Assembly: GCA_038729465.1 (NCBI GenBank)
Contig: JAVYRZ010000004.1
Span: forward strand, 19,860-83,859
Origin: Thermoplasmata archaeon
GTDB lineage: Archaea; Thermoplasmatota; Thermoplasmata; Thermoplasmatales; ARK-15
Direction of reading: 5' to 3'
DNA: 64,000 bases
Of this stretch, positions 1-9,685 are shown piece by piece. Position 1 is the stretch's first letter, and every line of letters begins with the position of its first letter. Under the pieces are notes generated by a model. It did not search any database and was not told where the DNA came from. It worked only from the letters and a program-made list of their open reading frames with translations. The position numbers and the translations under genes are program-made.

Positions 1-1
1 A

Positions 2-271
2 ATAAATGAGGATGTGGATATCATTGCCTTGAGCCTGTTAAACGGCGCGCATCTCACAGCATTTGGCAAGGTTGCAAAGCTTTTGAAACAAAAAGGTATA
101 AATGACATTGCTATTGTAGGAGGAGGAACCATACCCATTAGAGACCGGGCAAAACTCGAGAAGATGGGTATAACCGGAAACTATGGTCCTGGCACATCTC
201 TAAGCACGATAATAGAGCATGTAAAAAAGAGAGCGCTGGAAATTAGAAAGTACAAGGATGTGGAAAATTGA
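2..271 (+). CDS. methylmalonyl-CoA mutase B12-binding small subunit, 3' part (gene begins upstream of window)
   Basis: The frame is open to the window edge. The translation DIIALSLLNGAH...IAIVGGGTIP...GPGTS resembles the cobalamin-binding domain of MCM C-terminal subunits. It overlaps the following meaB by 4 nt (TTGA). Confidence 0.75.
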   Translation: MNEDVDIIALSLLNGAHLTAFGKVAKLLKQKGINDIAIVGGGTIPIRDRAKLEKMGITGNYGPGTSLSTIIEHVKKRALEIRKYKDVEN

Positions 272-1191
272 ACAAGAAACTCAGAGAACTGGCGGACGGA
301 ATACTTAATATGGATACAGTCAAGATATCGAAAGGAATATCACTGGTAGAAAACGCATTTGCAAAAGAAGAGGCAAAAGAGTTAATAAAGCAGATATATC
401 CGCACACAGGATCTGCACATTTAATAGGAATAACAGGGCCGCCAGGATGTGGAAAAAGCACACTTATAGGAGCTTTGGGCGAGCAGATATCAAAGTTTGG
501 GTACAAGGTTGCAATACTGGCAATTGACGCATCGAGCCCGTACTCTGGCGGATCGATACTCGGAAACAGAATAAGAATGCAAGAATCACTGGATAAGTAT
601 GGAATATATATGCGCAGCATGGCTTCAAGGGGCATGCGGGGCGGGTTAACAAGGTCTATATGGGATGCAACAAAGATCCTTGATGCGGCAGGGTTTGACT
701 ATATAATTATTGAAACTGTCGGAGCCGGGCAGAGCGATTTTGAGATCATGAACCTGGCAGACACGACGGTAGTAGTATTGGCGCCGGGGCTGGGTGACGA
801 AATACAAGCGATCAAGGCAGGAATGATGGAGATAGGGGATATATTTGTAATAAACAAGGCAGAGCTGGAAGGGGCTATGATCGCGATAAAAGACATACAG
901 AACTCTTTGATTCTGCTTCCGCAGAAAGGCTGGAAAAAAGTGGTGTTGCCAACGGTTGCAAGGCAGAAAGAGGGTATTGACGATCTGTTTAAAGAGATTG
1001 AAAAGCACCAAAAATTTACAGTATCAAATTCTGATAAAGCAAAACGAGAACTGAACTTTGCTATAGAAGAGCTGATCCGAGAAAAGGTAGAGCTGGCATT
1101 GCAAAGCAAAGACCTGAACCAGTACCTGAATGAGCTAAGCGCCAAAAAAGCTGACCCGTACACAATCGCCAAAAAAGTAGTTGATGAGTAG
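268..1191 (+). CDS. meaB: methylmalonyl-CoA mutase-associated GTPase MeaB/ArgK
   Basis: P-loop GITGPPGCGKSTL followed by AILAIDASSPYSGGSILGNRIRM, typical of MeaB. Length is 307 aa and it is translationally coupled to the MCM subunit. TTG start. Confidence 0.85.
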   Translation: MNKKLRELADGILNMDTVKISKGISLVENAFAKEEAKELIKQIYPHTGSAHLIGITGPPGCGKSTLIGALGEQISKFGYKVAILAIDASSPYSGGSILGNRIRMQESLDKYGIYMRSMASRGMRGGLTRSIWDATKILDAAGFDYIIIETVGAGQSDFEIMNLADTTVVVLAPGLGDEIQAIKAGMMEIGDIFVINKAELEGAMIAIKDIQNSLILLPQKGWKKVVLPTVARQKEGIDDLFKEIEKHQKFTVSNSDKAKRELNFAIEELIREKVELALQSKDLNQYLNELSAKKADPYTIAKKVVDE

Positions 1192-2331
1192 CTATTTCAG
1201 AAGCTCTCTTGCAATGACCAGTTTCTGTATCTCGCTAGTACCTTCGTAGATCTCGGTCACTTTTGCGTCCCTGTAATATCGCTCTATGTCAAAATCTTCA
1301 ATGTATCCATAACCACCATAGATCTGCACTGCCAGCCTGCTCGCTTCTACGGCCACTGAGCTCGCGTAATATTTTGCCATGCTTGCCTCTTTTCGCACAT
1401 CTTTTTTCTGGTCATACAACTCTGCAGCTCTGTATACCAAAAGTTTTGCAGCTTCAATTTTTGTTGCAATTTCTGCAATATCAAACTGAATAGCCTCCAT
1501 TTCAGACAGATGCTTTTCAAAAGCCTGACGCTCCATCGAGTATGAAATCATCTTTTCTAGCATTGCTTCTGCAATGCCAAGCGCCTGTGATCCGATACCT
1601 ATTCTACCCATGTTCAGCGCTGCCATCGCGATCTTGAACCCATCTCCCTCTTTTCCTAATATCTGCGACTTGTGCACTTTCACATTGTTCATCGTTATCT
1701 CATTTGTATAAGAGCCCCGGATACCCATCTTTTCAAAGTCCGGCCCTACCTCTATGTTTTCACTGTTTCTCTCAACCAGAAACGCAGTGATACCGTCTGA
1801 TCTTCTCGGCCCCACACTGGTTCTGGCAAACGTGACAAACAGATCTGCAATGCCGGCATTGGTAATGAACGTCTTGGTACCAGAAATATAATAATAGTCT
1901 CCATCAGAGGTTGCACGAGATTGCATTCCTGCTACATCAGAGCCTGCAGCAGGCTCGGTCAGAGCGTACGCACCTATCATCTCTCCAGTCGACAAACGCG
2001 GAAGATACTTGCTTTTTTGCTCTTCGGTACCATTTACGATTATCGGATATTCAACCAGCCCGTCATGAACGTCCATTATTACACATATTGAAGGCGAGGC
2101 CTTGCTGATCTCTTCCAGTATGATCGCGTAACTAAGTATGTCTAGCCCTGAGCCACCATATTGCTGCGGCACAGTCACACCCATGAATCCTTGCTCTCCT
2201 AATTTTTTCAAAAACTCTTTCGATGCTCGCTCTTTCTCTATTTTTTTTATGTTTGGAACTATGTTCTTCTGTACAAACTCTTTAGTCATATTTCTGATCA
2301 ACTGATAATCTATTTCCAAAATTTTCACCAT
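1192..2331 (-). CDS. acyl-CoA dehydrogenase
   Basis: 379 aa. It has the ACAD pattern ALTEPAAGSD, GKEGDGFKIAM and the C-terminal YEGTSEIQKLVIAREL. Confidence 0.9.
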   Translation of the reverse strand: MVKILEIDYQLIRNMTKEFVQKNIVPNIKKIEKERASKEFLKKLGEQGFMGVTVPQQYGGSGLDILSYAIILEEISKASPSICVIMDVHDGLVEYPIIVNGTEEQKSKYLPRLSTGEMIGAYALTEPAAGSDVAGMQSRATSDGDYYYISGTKTFITNAGIADLFVTFARTSVGPRRSDGITAFLVERNSENIEVGPDFEKMGIRGSYTNEITMNNVKVHKSQILGKEGDGFKIAMAALNMGRIGIGSQALGIAEAMLEKMISYSMERQAFEKHLSEMEAIQFDIAEIATKIEAAKLLVYRAAELYDQKKDVRKEASMAKYYASSVAVEASRLAVQIYGGYGYIEDFDIERYYRDAKVTEIYEGTSEIQKLVIARELLK

Positions 2332-2424
2332 TTAGCATATATTTAATATAATATTTTATTTTTTTCATTTTTTAAAAAACATTTTTTAATACTGTTCCAT
2401 ACTATTAAAAAATTGTCAAAGTAT

Positions 2425-3363
2425 TTAGATGTAATCTTTCACATCCACAACATTTTCCACAGAGCCGTTTAGAAATCTGAATATGCTCTCTATTCCATTC
2501 TCGATCATCCGGTCAAGATATCCTTCATAGATGCCAGAAACATGAGGGGTCATGATCACGTTTTCAAGACTCTCGAACGGATAATCCTGTTTGAATGTTT
2601 CATTACGTGGATAGTGCCACCAAACATCCAGACACGCCGTGAATTCCCTGTGTTCACTCAAGAACTCAAACAGGTCTTTTTCGTTGATGATATTGCCTCT
2701 GGCAATGTTTACTAGTATTGCATTATGCTTCATCAGGTTCAATTTATTCTTGTCTATAATGTTTTTAGTATACTTGTTTAAAGGCAATGATATCACCACA
2801 ATGTCAGAGCTCTTTAACACATAATCCAGATCTTCAAGCGTGCCATTGAAATCCAGCTCTGGATACCTATGTCTCGATATTCCAAACACATGCATGTTAA
2901 ATGCCCTTGCAATTTTTGCAATCTCTTTTCCTATGCTTCCATATCCTAATATCCCAATAACTTTTCCTCTCAGACTTATAGCGGGCATAAGCTGCTCAAA
3001 TTTGCCAGTGCGCATGCTTGAATTATGGAATATGATATTTCTGGTTTTTGCAAGAATTAGCGCAAAAACATGCTCTGCGATCACATCCGATGAAGCGCCA
3101 GAGTTTTTTAAAACAATCTTGTCAGATATCTGAGAAAAAGGAATGTTGTCCACTCCCGCAAGCAAAGACTGAATTATCTTCAAATTCTTCATTTTATTGA
3201 TATTAATATTCGCCAATTCTGCGTGCCAACGGTATACAAATATTATATCGATATCGTTCAGAAAATTTTGATCGTTGATATCTTCCATAAAATATACGTT
3301 TCCTAGCTCTTTCAATTTTTCAAATTTCTCGCGTGGTGCTGGAAAGGTGACCAAAATATTCAT
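2425..3363 (-). CDS. D-isomer-specific 2-hydroxyacid dehydrogenase family (glyoxylate/hydroxypyruvate reductase-like)
   Basis: NAD fold GILGYGSIGKEIAKIA. NIARG and TPHVSG motifs match the catalytic Arg/His region of this family. Confidence 0.8.
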   Translation of the reverse strand: MNILVTFPAPREKFEKLKELGNVYFMEDINDQNFLNDIDIIFVYRWHAELANININKMKNLKIIQSLLAGVDNIPFSQISDKIVLKNSGASSDVIAEHVFALILAKTRNIIFHNSSMRTGKFEQLMPAISLRGKVIGILGYGSIGKEIAKIARAFNMHVFGISRHRYPELDFNGTLEDLDYVLKSSDIVVISLPLNKYTKNIIDKNKLNLMKHNAILVNIARGNIINEKDLFEFLSEHREFTACLDVWWHYPRNETFKQDYPFESLENVIMTPHVSGIYEGYLDRMIENGIESIFRFLNGSVENVVDVKDYI

Positions 3364-4223
3364 GCTTTCATCTCTATGATGGAAATAACTTTTTTTGCAA
3401 CTTCGATCGGATCCTTGCCAAATATGTAGGTTGCAGGCTCTATTCCAAACATTCCTGGGTCTACGAGAACTTCATATCCATTATTCGCCGCGTATTTTGA
3501 AAGGTCTTTTATTTTACTCCGATCCACTATTTCGATCTTATACCTCAACTTTTTTAATTTTTTCATGATCTCTGAGTCAAATTTAATGTTCATCACCGCC
3601 CTATAACTAGTCTGTTTTACTCTGCTCAATAATAATTCTGACAAATGCTTGCTTGATCCGTAATCAGGTTCTTCCCATGACCGGATCTTGCCGTTTATTA
3701 CCGTGATCCTTCCTGGTATCGCTGCAACATCGCTTTTTGTGGATGCATCTTTGGTCGCGTAGGCAAGGTTCATTCTTACCTCTGGAGTTATTGAAGATAC
3801 GTCCATGCTCGACAATAAATGTATCGCTTTCTTCAATAGCTCTATATTCTCTTTCTTTTCACCAAGTACGGCAACGTTTCTGAACTTGAAACAGTGATCG
3901 CACGTGCTGATATAGTGAATGTTGCAGAACCTACCTGATTCTCTAAGACCCATGCAAAAATCACAAAAATAGTCTACGGTCTCCGATTCAGAATACTTGT
4001 TGACAATTCTGTCTACCATGTTCTCTGAAAAGACGTTTAATTCGTTAAAAAGATAATCTTTGTCAAGCTCTTCTTTTAAATATTTGTTTACCATCGGCTG
4101 TGTTACATGCAAGATCTCGGAGATCTGGGTTTGAGAGTACCCCTTCTCTACAAGACTCTTTGAAACACGTTTTCTTACCTCTGGAATAAGCTTTTCATTT
4201 ATTTTGATGCACGGAGGATACAT
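3360..4223 (-). CDS. HTH + ThiN-domain protein (ThiR-like thiamine regulator or ThiN thiamine-phosphate synthase)
   Basis: N-terminal HTH (GYSQTQISEILHVTQPMVNKYLKE) and a Cys/His-rich linker. The C-terminal ThiN-like block reads PEVRMNLAYA...DVAAIPGRI...YGSSKH...AVMNIKF...DPGMFGIEPATYIFGKDP. It overlaps the downstream gene by 4 nt. Confidence 0.6.
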   Translation of the reverse strand: MYPPCIKINEKLIPEVRKRVSKSLVEKGYSQTQISEILHVTQPMVNKYLKEELDKDYLFNELNVFSENMVDRIVNKYSESETVDYFCDFCMGLRESGRFCNIHYISTCDHCFKFRNVAVLGEKKENIELLKKAIHLLSSMDVSSITPEVRMNLAYATKDASTKSDVAAIPGRITVINGKIRSWEEPDYGSSKHLSELLLSRVKQTSYRAVMNIKFDSEIMKKLKKLRYKIEIVDRSKIKDLSKYAANNGYEVLVDPGMFGIEPATYIFGKDPIEVAKKVISIIEMKA

Positions 4224-4259
4224 ATAATCAAGTTATAGAATTTTGATATTTTAATTTTG

Positions 4260-5846
4260 TTATTTTAAGAGCTTGCGCATAAAAGGACCGTATAGCTCAT
4301 AACCAAGTTTTCGATAATAATTTCGTGCACCCACTCCGCTGTTTACCAATAAGTATTTAAAGCCCCAGTCTGCCGTGACCTGTTCGGCACGGGTCATAAG
4401 TGCCTTACCATATCCCTGGTGCTGATATCCAAAACTAAAATCATAGTTTAAAGGTACCTCTGGACCAACAACTTTTAACTCTCTCACTATAGCACTGTCA
4501 GAAAGCTCTAGTCTGTGCGCTTTTGTCGAAGGTTTTCTCAGCCTTAAATAACCTATGAGTGCATCGTTGTTTGTGTCTTCAATGCTTATGAATCTTTCAA
4601 TTCCACCAGATGCAGTATACTGCTCTTCTTTTAACTCGATCATCTGGTCTTTTTTGATCTCGTTTTCTCGAATCTTGTAACCAATTTCTCTGCATCTTAT
4701 ACAATTGCACTTTTCTCCGCGCCTTCTCATTGTGTCTTGTATCAATGCTCTTATGTCACTTCTTGTTACTCCTGCTTCTATCAACTGCACAGGTATGTCT
4801 CTCTGTATCCTCTGTATCCTCACCCATCGAGGTATTATCTTCATAACCCTGATCATGAGCTCTACTACATCGTTATTGTAGTATGGTTCATATTCTTTAT
4901 TTTTCCATAACTCGTATAATCCTGTGTTTTTGATCACTAAAGTTGGATATATTTTCAGCATGTCAGGTTTGTATGCATCGTTTTCAAAAACGGTCTTAAA
5001 AGACGCAAGATCTCGGTCAAGATCCATTCCTGGCAAGCCAGGCATCATGTGATACGCAACTTTGAGCCCTGCATCTTTTGAAAGTTGTGTAGACTCTATA
5101 ATTTCAGTCTGCCCATGCCCGCGATTCACAAATTTTAAAACATCATCAAAAACCGTTTGCACACCCAATTCTACTCTTGTTACACCTAATTTTAATGACT
5201 CGTCTATCTGCGAAATGTTGAACCAGTCAGGCCTAGTTTCTACAGTCAACCCGATCGCACGATGTTCTGCAATCTCGTTTTTCTGTATTGCTTCTTCGAG
5301 AGATTCTGATTGCATACCGTTTAAAGCATCGTAGATCCCTTTTACAAAATATTCTTGATATGCAGTGGTCCTTGCTGTAAACGTACCACCCATTACTATA
5401 ACGTCGATCTTTGAGGTTGAATGCCCTATATTTTCAAGCTGCCGCATTCGCATCATTGTCTGCCGGTATGGATCATAATTGTTCTGTATCGCTCTTAATG
5501 CTGCCGGCTCTTTTCCTGTATAGGATTGTGCAGTGTCAAATTCCACTCCCCCAGGGCAATAGATACACTTTCCATGCGGACAAGGGCTCGGAGAGCTCAT
5601 CGCTGCAATGATCGCAACACCTGACAATGTGCGTGTTGGCTTTTTCTTTAAAAATGGATAAAATCGCTCTCGCGCCTCTTCAGGAATAAGTGCGATTATG
5701 TCACTGTTTTTAGGCAGGTTAACCTTGAACTCTTTAGATAACTTCATCTTATATTTTTCTAGGTCATCATAATTTTTTATTTCACCGCTCGTAATATGCT
5801 CTAAAATGTTATCTATCAGGTTCAATAATTTGCTACATTTTAACAT
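4260..5846 (-). CDS. elp3: Elp3-family radical SAM/GNAT tRNA uridine carboxymethyl-modification enzyme
   Basis: 528 aa. It has a radical SAM Cys cluster (SPCPHGKCIYCPGG), a TIM-like core and a C-terminal GNAT (QHQGYGKALM). The architecture is typical of archaeal Elp3. Confidence 0.85.
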   Translation of the reverse strand: MLKCSKLLNLIDNILEHITSGEIKNYDDLEKYKMKLSKEFKVNLPKNSDIIALIPEEARERFYPFLKKKPTRTLSGVAIIAAMSSPSPCPHGKCIYCPGGVEFDTAQSYTGKEPAALRAIQNNYDPYRQTMMRMRQLENIGHSTSKIDVIVMGGTFTARTTAYQEYFVKGIYDALNGMQSESLEEAIQKNEIAEHRAIGLTVETRPDWFNISQIDESLKLGVTRVELGVQTVFDDVLKFVNRGHGQTEIIESTQLSKDAGLKVAYHMMPGLPGMDLDRDLASFKTVFENDAYKPDMLKIYPTLVIKNTGLYELWKNKEYEPYYNNDVVELMIRVMKIIPRWVRIQRIQRDIPVQLIEAGVTRSDIRALIQDTMRRRGEKCNCIRCREIGYKIRENEIKKDQMIELKEEQYTASGGIERFISIEDTNNDALIGYLRLRKPSTKAHRLELSDSAIVRELKVVGPEVPLNYDFSFGYQHQGYGKALMTRAEQVTADWGFKYLLVNSGVGARNYYRKLGYELYGPFMRKLLK

Positions 5847-5924
5847 CTTTAATAAATGTTTCCATACAAATTTATTTTAAATAGCTCAAATAAATTTTAA
5901 ATATGAGCGAGCTCATGCAAGAGC

Positions 5925-7247
5925 ATGGACAGAACCGTAAATATGGGCGGAGCCATAATGCAATCTTTCACATCGATAGGACCAATGTTAAATTTTGTAG
6001 CACTTTTTTCTGTGATTATTGTTTTTTCGGGTGTGGACTTGCCAATAGTTGTGTTGCTCTCTTTTCTTATATCTTATACTACAATTTATACATCCTATAA
6101 GTTCTCTAAAAAGTACTCAACGAATGGCGGCTATTTCTCGTATGTGGGAAAAACACTGGGAAAACTGCCAGGACTGTTTGTAACATTATTCTATATCCTT
6201 TACGGTCTGTTTATATTGCCAAATATTGCGCTCTTTGTAGCCAATTTTTCTGCTACTGCAATATCAATGTCCGGATACAATGTTTATTTTTTTAGACCCT
6301 TGATCATGGTAATATTCATAGCTATTGTTGTTCTGCTAGTTTCAAAAGGCATTAAAACCTCAATCAAATATATTTTAATTGGCGGAATCTTGGAACTATT
6401 ATTTATTTTTGCAATCAGCCTGATGTTCATATTCTACAAGCCTGTTATACCCCCACTTTTTAACAGTTTTAACATTAGCGGGTTTTGGAACGGTACAGTA
6501 TACGGTATCCTGATATTTGCAGGAAGCGGCTCTGCTATTTTTATCTCTGAAAACACCGTGGAATCCAAGAAGAATATACCCAGGTCATTGATCATATCTT
6601 ATACTCTTTCTGGACTGGTAATGGTGCTTGCATCATTTTCTATGATTATTTTCCTTGGTGCAAATAATATAAGTGCATACAGCTCTAATCCTTATATTAT
6701 TGTTACTTATATCTATCAGAGATTTGGTATCATAATATTTTCTTTGTTTCTGTTTTTCACGCTTTTGAGCTCTTTAAATCTAGCAGTATCATATTTAAAC
6801 GCTTTTAGCAGTGCGTATGTGAAGATCAAAGACGAAAATATTATTCCTTTCTCTACCATTTCTATCTTAAACAATAAATCTAAATTTCTAGCACTGATTC
6901 TGGTATTTTCAGTTACATCTTCACTACTTGCATCATACCTGCTAGGCTATTTTTATGGATTTGTTATTTTAGCAACAATAGTCAGCTTAAGCTATATTAT
7001 TGTGCATATATTTACTAACATATCTTTATTTTACATAAAAACTGAGCTCTATAATAAAATATTTTATATTTTGCCTGCAATATCTACAATATTTCTAGCA
7101 CTGTCATTCTACTATTCTTTCAATGATTTTTCAGAACCGATGGTCTACTCGGATTATATAATCATACTATGGGCTTTGATATCGTTGAGCGGAGTTACAC
7201 TTATCAGAATATACAAAAATAATTTTTATCAAAAACTTGAGTTTTAA
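5925..7247 (+). CDS. polytopic membrane transporter, probably APC-superfamily amino acid permease
   Basis: 440 aa with about 12 hydrophobic segments. Assignment rests on general APC-like topology only, and the start is uncertain (several in-frame Met). Confidence 0.5.
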   Translation: MDRTVNMGGAIMQSFTSIGPMLNFVALFSVIIVFSGVDLPIVVLLSFLISYTTIYTSYKFSKKYSTNGGYFSYVGKTLGKLPGLFVTLFYILYGLFILPNIALFVANFSATAISMSGYNVYFFRPLIMVIFIAIVVLLVSKGIKTSIKYILIGGILELLFIFAISLMFIFYKPVIPPLFNSFNISGFWNGTVYGILIFAGSGSAIFISENTVESKKNIPRSLIISYTLSGLVMVLASFSMIIFLGANNISAYSSNPYIIVTYIYQRFGIIIFSLFLFFTLLSSLNLAVSYLNAFSSAYVKIKDENIIPFSTISILNNKSKFLALILVFSVTSSLLASYLLGYFYGFVILATIVSLSYIIVHIFTNISLFYIKTELYNKIFYILPAISTIFLALSFYYSFNDFSEPMVYSDYIIILWALISLSGVTLIRIYKNNFYQKLEF

Positions 7248-7300
7248 TCGTTTTTTTAAATAAATTTATTATATCTATCTATATATTTCCTCCGCATAAA

Positions 7301-8521
7301 ATGAGTAATTTTAAAGTTTCATCACTTCTGGCAAACGTTGCTAATTTAAGAAAGAATCGAACACTTTTAGCGATCTCTATTTCTGAGCTTCTGCGCGTGA
7401 TGGGCAGATCTGGAGGCTGGATATTTATACCGATATACTTGATCACCATTAGAGACGTCTCTTTTTTTACAGTGGGAGTGCTATTTTTCATATCCTCCGC
7501 ATTTACAATACCAACCAGCATTTATGGTGGAAATCTGATAGACCGGTTTGGCAGAAAGAAAATGGCAGTTCTTTTGCCACCACTGTTAATGATCGTATAT
7601 TCTACGATTTCAGCAAGCATCTATTTTAATTATTCTATATTTCTCATATTTGCTGCTTTTATTAGCATTGGACCTCTGAGCAGCATTCAGGGAATCACAG
7701 ACACAGTAATGGTCACAGATACTACTGCTGAAAAAGATAGAATAAACGCATACAGTCTCGTCAGGATCGCTGCGAATATCGGATTTTCAATAGGTCCTGC
7801 ACTGGGAGGGCTGGTGGTGATTTTCAACTATTCTTATGTTACTATCATACCAGCCATCGGAACCATCGCAGAGCTGTTTTTATATGTAAGATTCGTGAAC
7901 GAAACGCTACCCCCCAGAAAACCTGAAAACGTTAAGAGAAGAACCATATCCTTTCCTTATGAAGATAAACTGTTTATTATCATTGGTTTCTTGTTAGCTA
8001 TGTCTTCATTTGCAGTAGGGCCATGGGAATACATTTTGAATCAATTCTTCTCAAGAGCATATTATTTTTCTAGCTGGCAAATCGGATTGTTGTTTGCAGT
8101 AAATGGATTGACTGTTATCATATTCCAGCTTCCTATAAACACTATTTTGAAGAACGTGAGCGAGATGAACAGAATATCATTAGGTATGATCATATATGCT
8201 TCTTCATTTTTTGTGATCGGCATAACTGATAATTTCTATCTGCTGATTTTAGATGTAATATTTCTCACTTTTGGAGAAAATACTATCTCACCTGCCATGA
8301 GCAGCATTATCGGAAAAATAGCACCAATGGACAAAAGAGGCGAATATTTTGGCGGTTTTTCCATGATTAACGGTGTTATAGGACCGTTTTCTCCGGTTTT
8401 TTATGAATATCTGTTATCTTTATTTATACGCCAGTTTATGCTGCTATGGGGTATTATAGCTATTATTTGCGTAATAATAGCAGTTACTGTATTTTTATTA
8501 CATGAACTTAAATATAGTTAA
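7301..8521 (+). CDS. MFS transporter
   Basis: 406 aa with about 12 TM segments. It has the MFS loop motif GNLIDRFGRKKM between TM2 and TM3. Confidence 0.7.
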   Translation: MSNFKVSSLLANVANLRKNRTLLAISISELLRVMGRSGGWIFIPIYLITIRDVSFFTVGVLFFISSAFTIPTSIYGGNLIDRFGRKKMAVLLPPLLMIVYSTISASIYFNYSIFLIFAAFISIGPLSSIQGITDTVMVTDTTAEKDRINAYSLVRIAANIGFSIGPALGGLVVIFNYSYVTIIPAIGTIAELFLYVRFVNETLPPRKPENVKRRTISFPYEDKLFIIIGFLLAMSSFAVGPWEYILNQFFSRAYYFSSWQIGLLFAVNGLTVIIFQLPINTILKNVSEMNRISLGMIIYASSFFVIGITDNFYLLILDVIFLTFGENTISPAMSSIIGKIAPMDKRGEYFGGFSMINGVIGPFSPVFYEYLLSLFIRQFMLLWGIIAIICVIIAVTVFLLHELKYS

Positions 8522-9052
8522 TACTTTTATAGTTATCAGCTACGCGAATTAAAATATTTTTAAAACTTTTCTAATCTTTTTATCGCATTACGAATGTAAA
8601 TTGGAAAATACCTCTTCACAATATAGGTAAGCAACGAAAACTTAATATAATGCTCTTGTTATTGTATTTTTGTCCGCCAAAAGACATAAATGAATGTGGG
8701 CGGATAGCAAATTGCTCCATGCATACCTTCATCCTTAAAGCCAGATACTTTAGGATAAAGTACCTCAGAATAAGCATGATTCATGACCATGGAGAATCTG
8801 CCAGCAACCGTTGAAGTGGGAAGCTCCCTGAGAAAACTGGGGGGAGAAAATCACTCAGTATAAGAGATGTATAGTTTCGACCGTTAAGACAATAGATATA
8901 AAAGTGGAAGAATCTGAAACTTTGACAATACTATGTCTGCATCAGAATGATTAAAACCACTACGGTTCCGCATTAATATCTATACCCTAAAAAATGTGAT
9001 AAGGATAAGCTATACAATTTGAAATAGAAAAAATATTCAGGTGATTTAAAGA

Positions 9053-9685
9053 ATGAGTAATGATAAAATCGATGAATCTCGCAGAAAGTTTTTGAAAATT
9101 GTAGGTATTGGATCTGTTGTAGTGGCTGCAGGCGGATTTGCGCCGGCACTATCTTATTTAATTGCCCCATCTGTAGGCCTTACCTCTTTTCCAACGCTAA
9201 CCCTGGTCGATACCAGTGGCAATCCAATTAAAGCAAGCTCTATTCCTGAAAATAATCCAATAATAACACTGTTTAATTATCCACTATTAAATGAACCGAC
9301 TTTTCTCTTGAATCTAGGAAAATCGGTGCCTAATGGAGTGGGCCCAAATAATAATATTGTTGCTTATAGCGCAATTTGCCAGCATCTCGGATGCGTACCG
9401 CCAAGCATAAAATTTTATCCGCCAGGATCTCCCACTATTATGGGGTATAATACCTATATTATGTGCAGCTGCCATGGAAGCACTTACGACCCGGCCAACG
9501 GTGCTAAAATTATTAGGGGCCCTACAGTGCATCCATTGCCAACGTGCATATTATCCTATAATTCAGTTACTGATACACTGGAAGCTACAAAGATGAGCGG
9601 CCCAGTCATATACGGACATCAAGATGACTTGACTGGAGGATCGCCACCTACTGACAAAAACACAATTGTTACTACAATGGGTTAA
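9053..9685 (+). CDS. Rieske [2Fe-2S] protein with twin-arginine signal
   Basis: Rieske boxes CQHLGC and CSCHGSTYD. The N-terminal SRRKFLKIVGIG Tat motif is followed by a hydrophobic segment. Confidence 0.85.
   Translation: MSNDKIDESRRKFLKIVGIGSVVVAAGGFAPALSYLIAPSVGLTSFPTLTLVDTSGNPIKASSIPENNPIITLFNYPLLNEPTFLLNLGKSVPNGVGPNNNIVAYSAICQHLGCVPPSIKFYPPGSPTIMGYNTYIMCSCHGSTYDPANGAKIIRGPTVHPLPTCILSYNSVTDTLEATKMSGPVIYGHQDDLTGGSPPTDKNTIVTTMG

Noticed and set aside
243-1172. Several 60-157-aa ORFs antisense to meaB (243-635, 464-652, 646-1011, 699-1172).
   Set aside because: They lie entirely inside a gene with a strong family signature on the opposite strand. They have low-complexity or odd composition and no motifs, which is typical of shadow ORFs.
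5903-6100. A 65-aa ORF overlapping the 5' end of the permease gene in another frame.
   Set aside because: It is overlapped by the 440-aa polytopic transporter ORF, which explains the region.
8522-9052. SRP RNA, RNase P RNA or a TPP riboswitch. A CTGAGA hexamer is present.
   Set aside because: I could not find the conserved cores: GAGGAAAGUCC for RNase P, the helix-8 GNAR/AGCA motifs for SRP, or ACCUGAUCUGGAUAAUGCCAGCG for TPP. It is kept only as an unexplained non-coding region.
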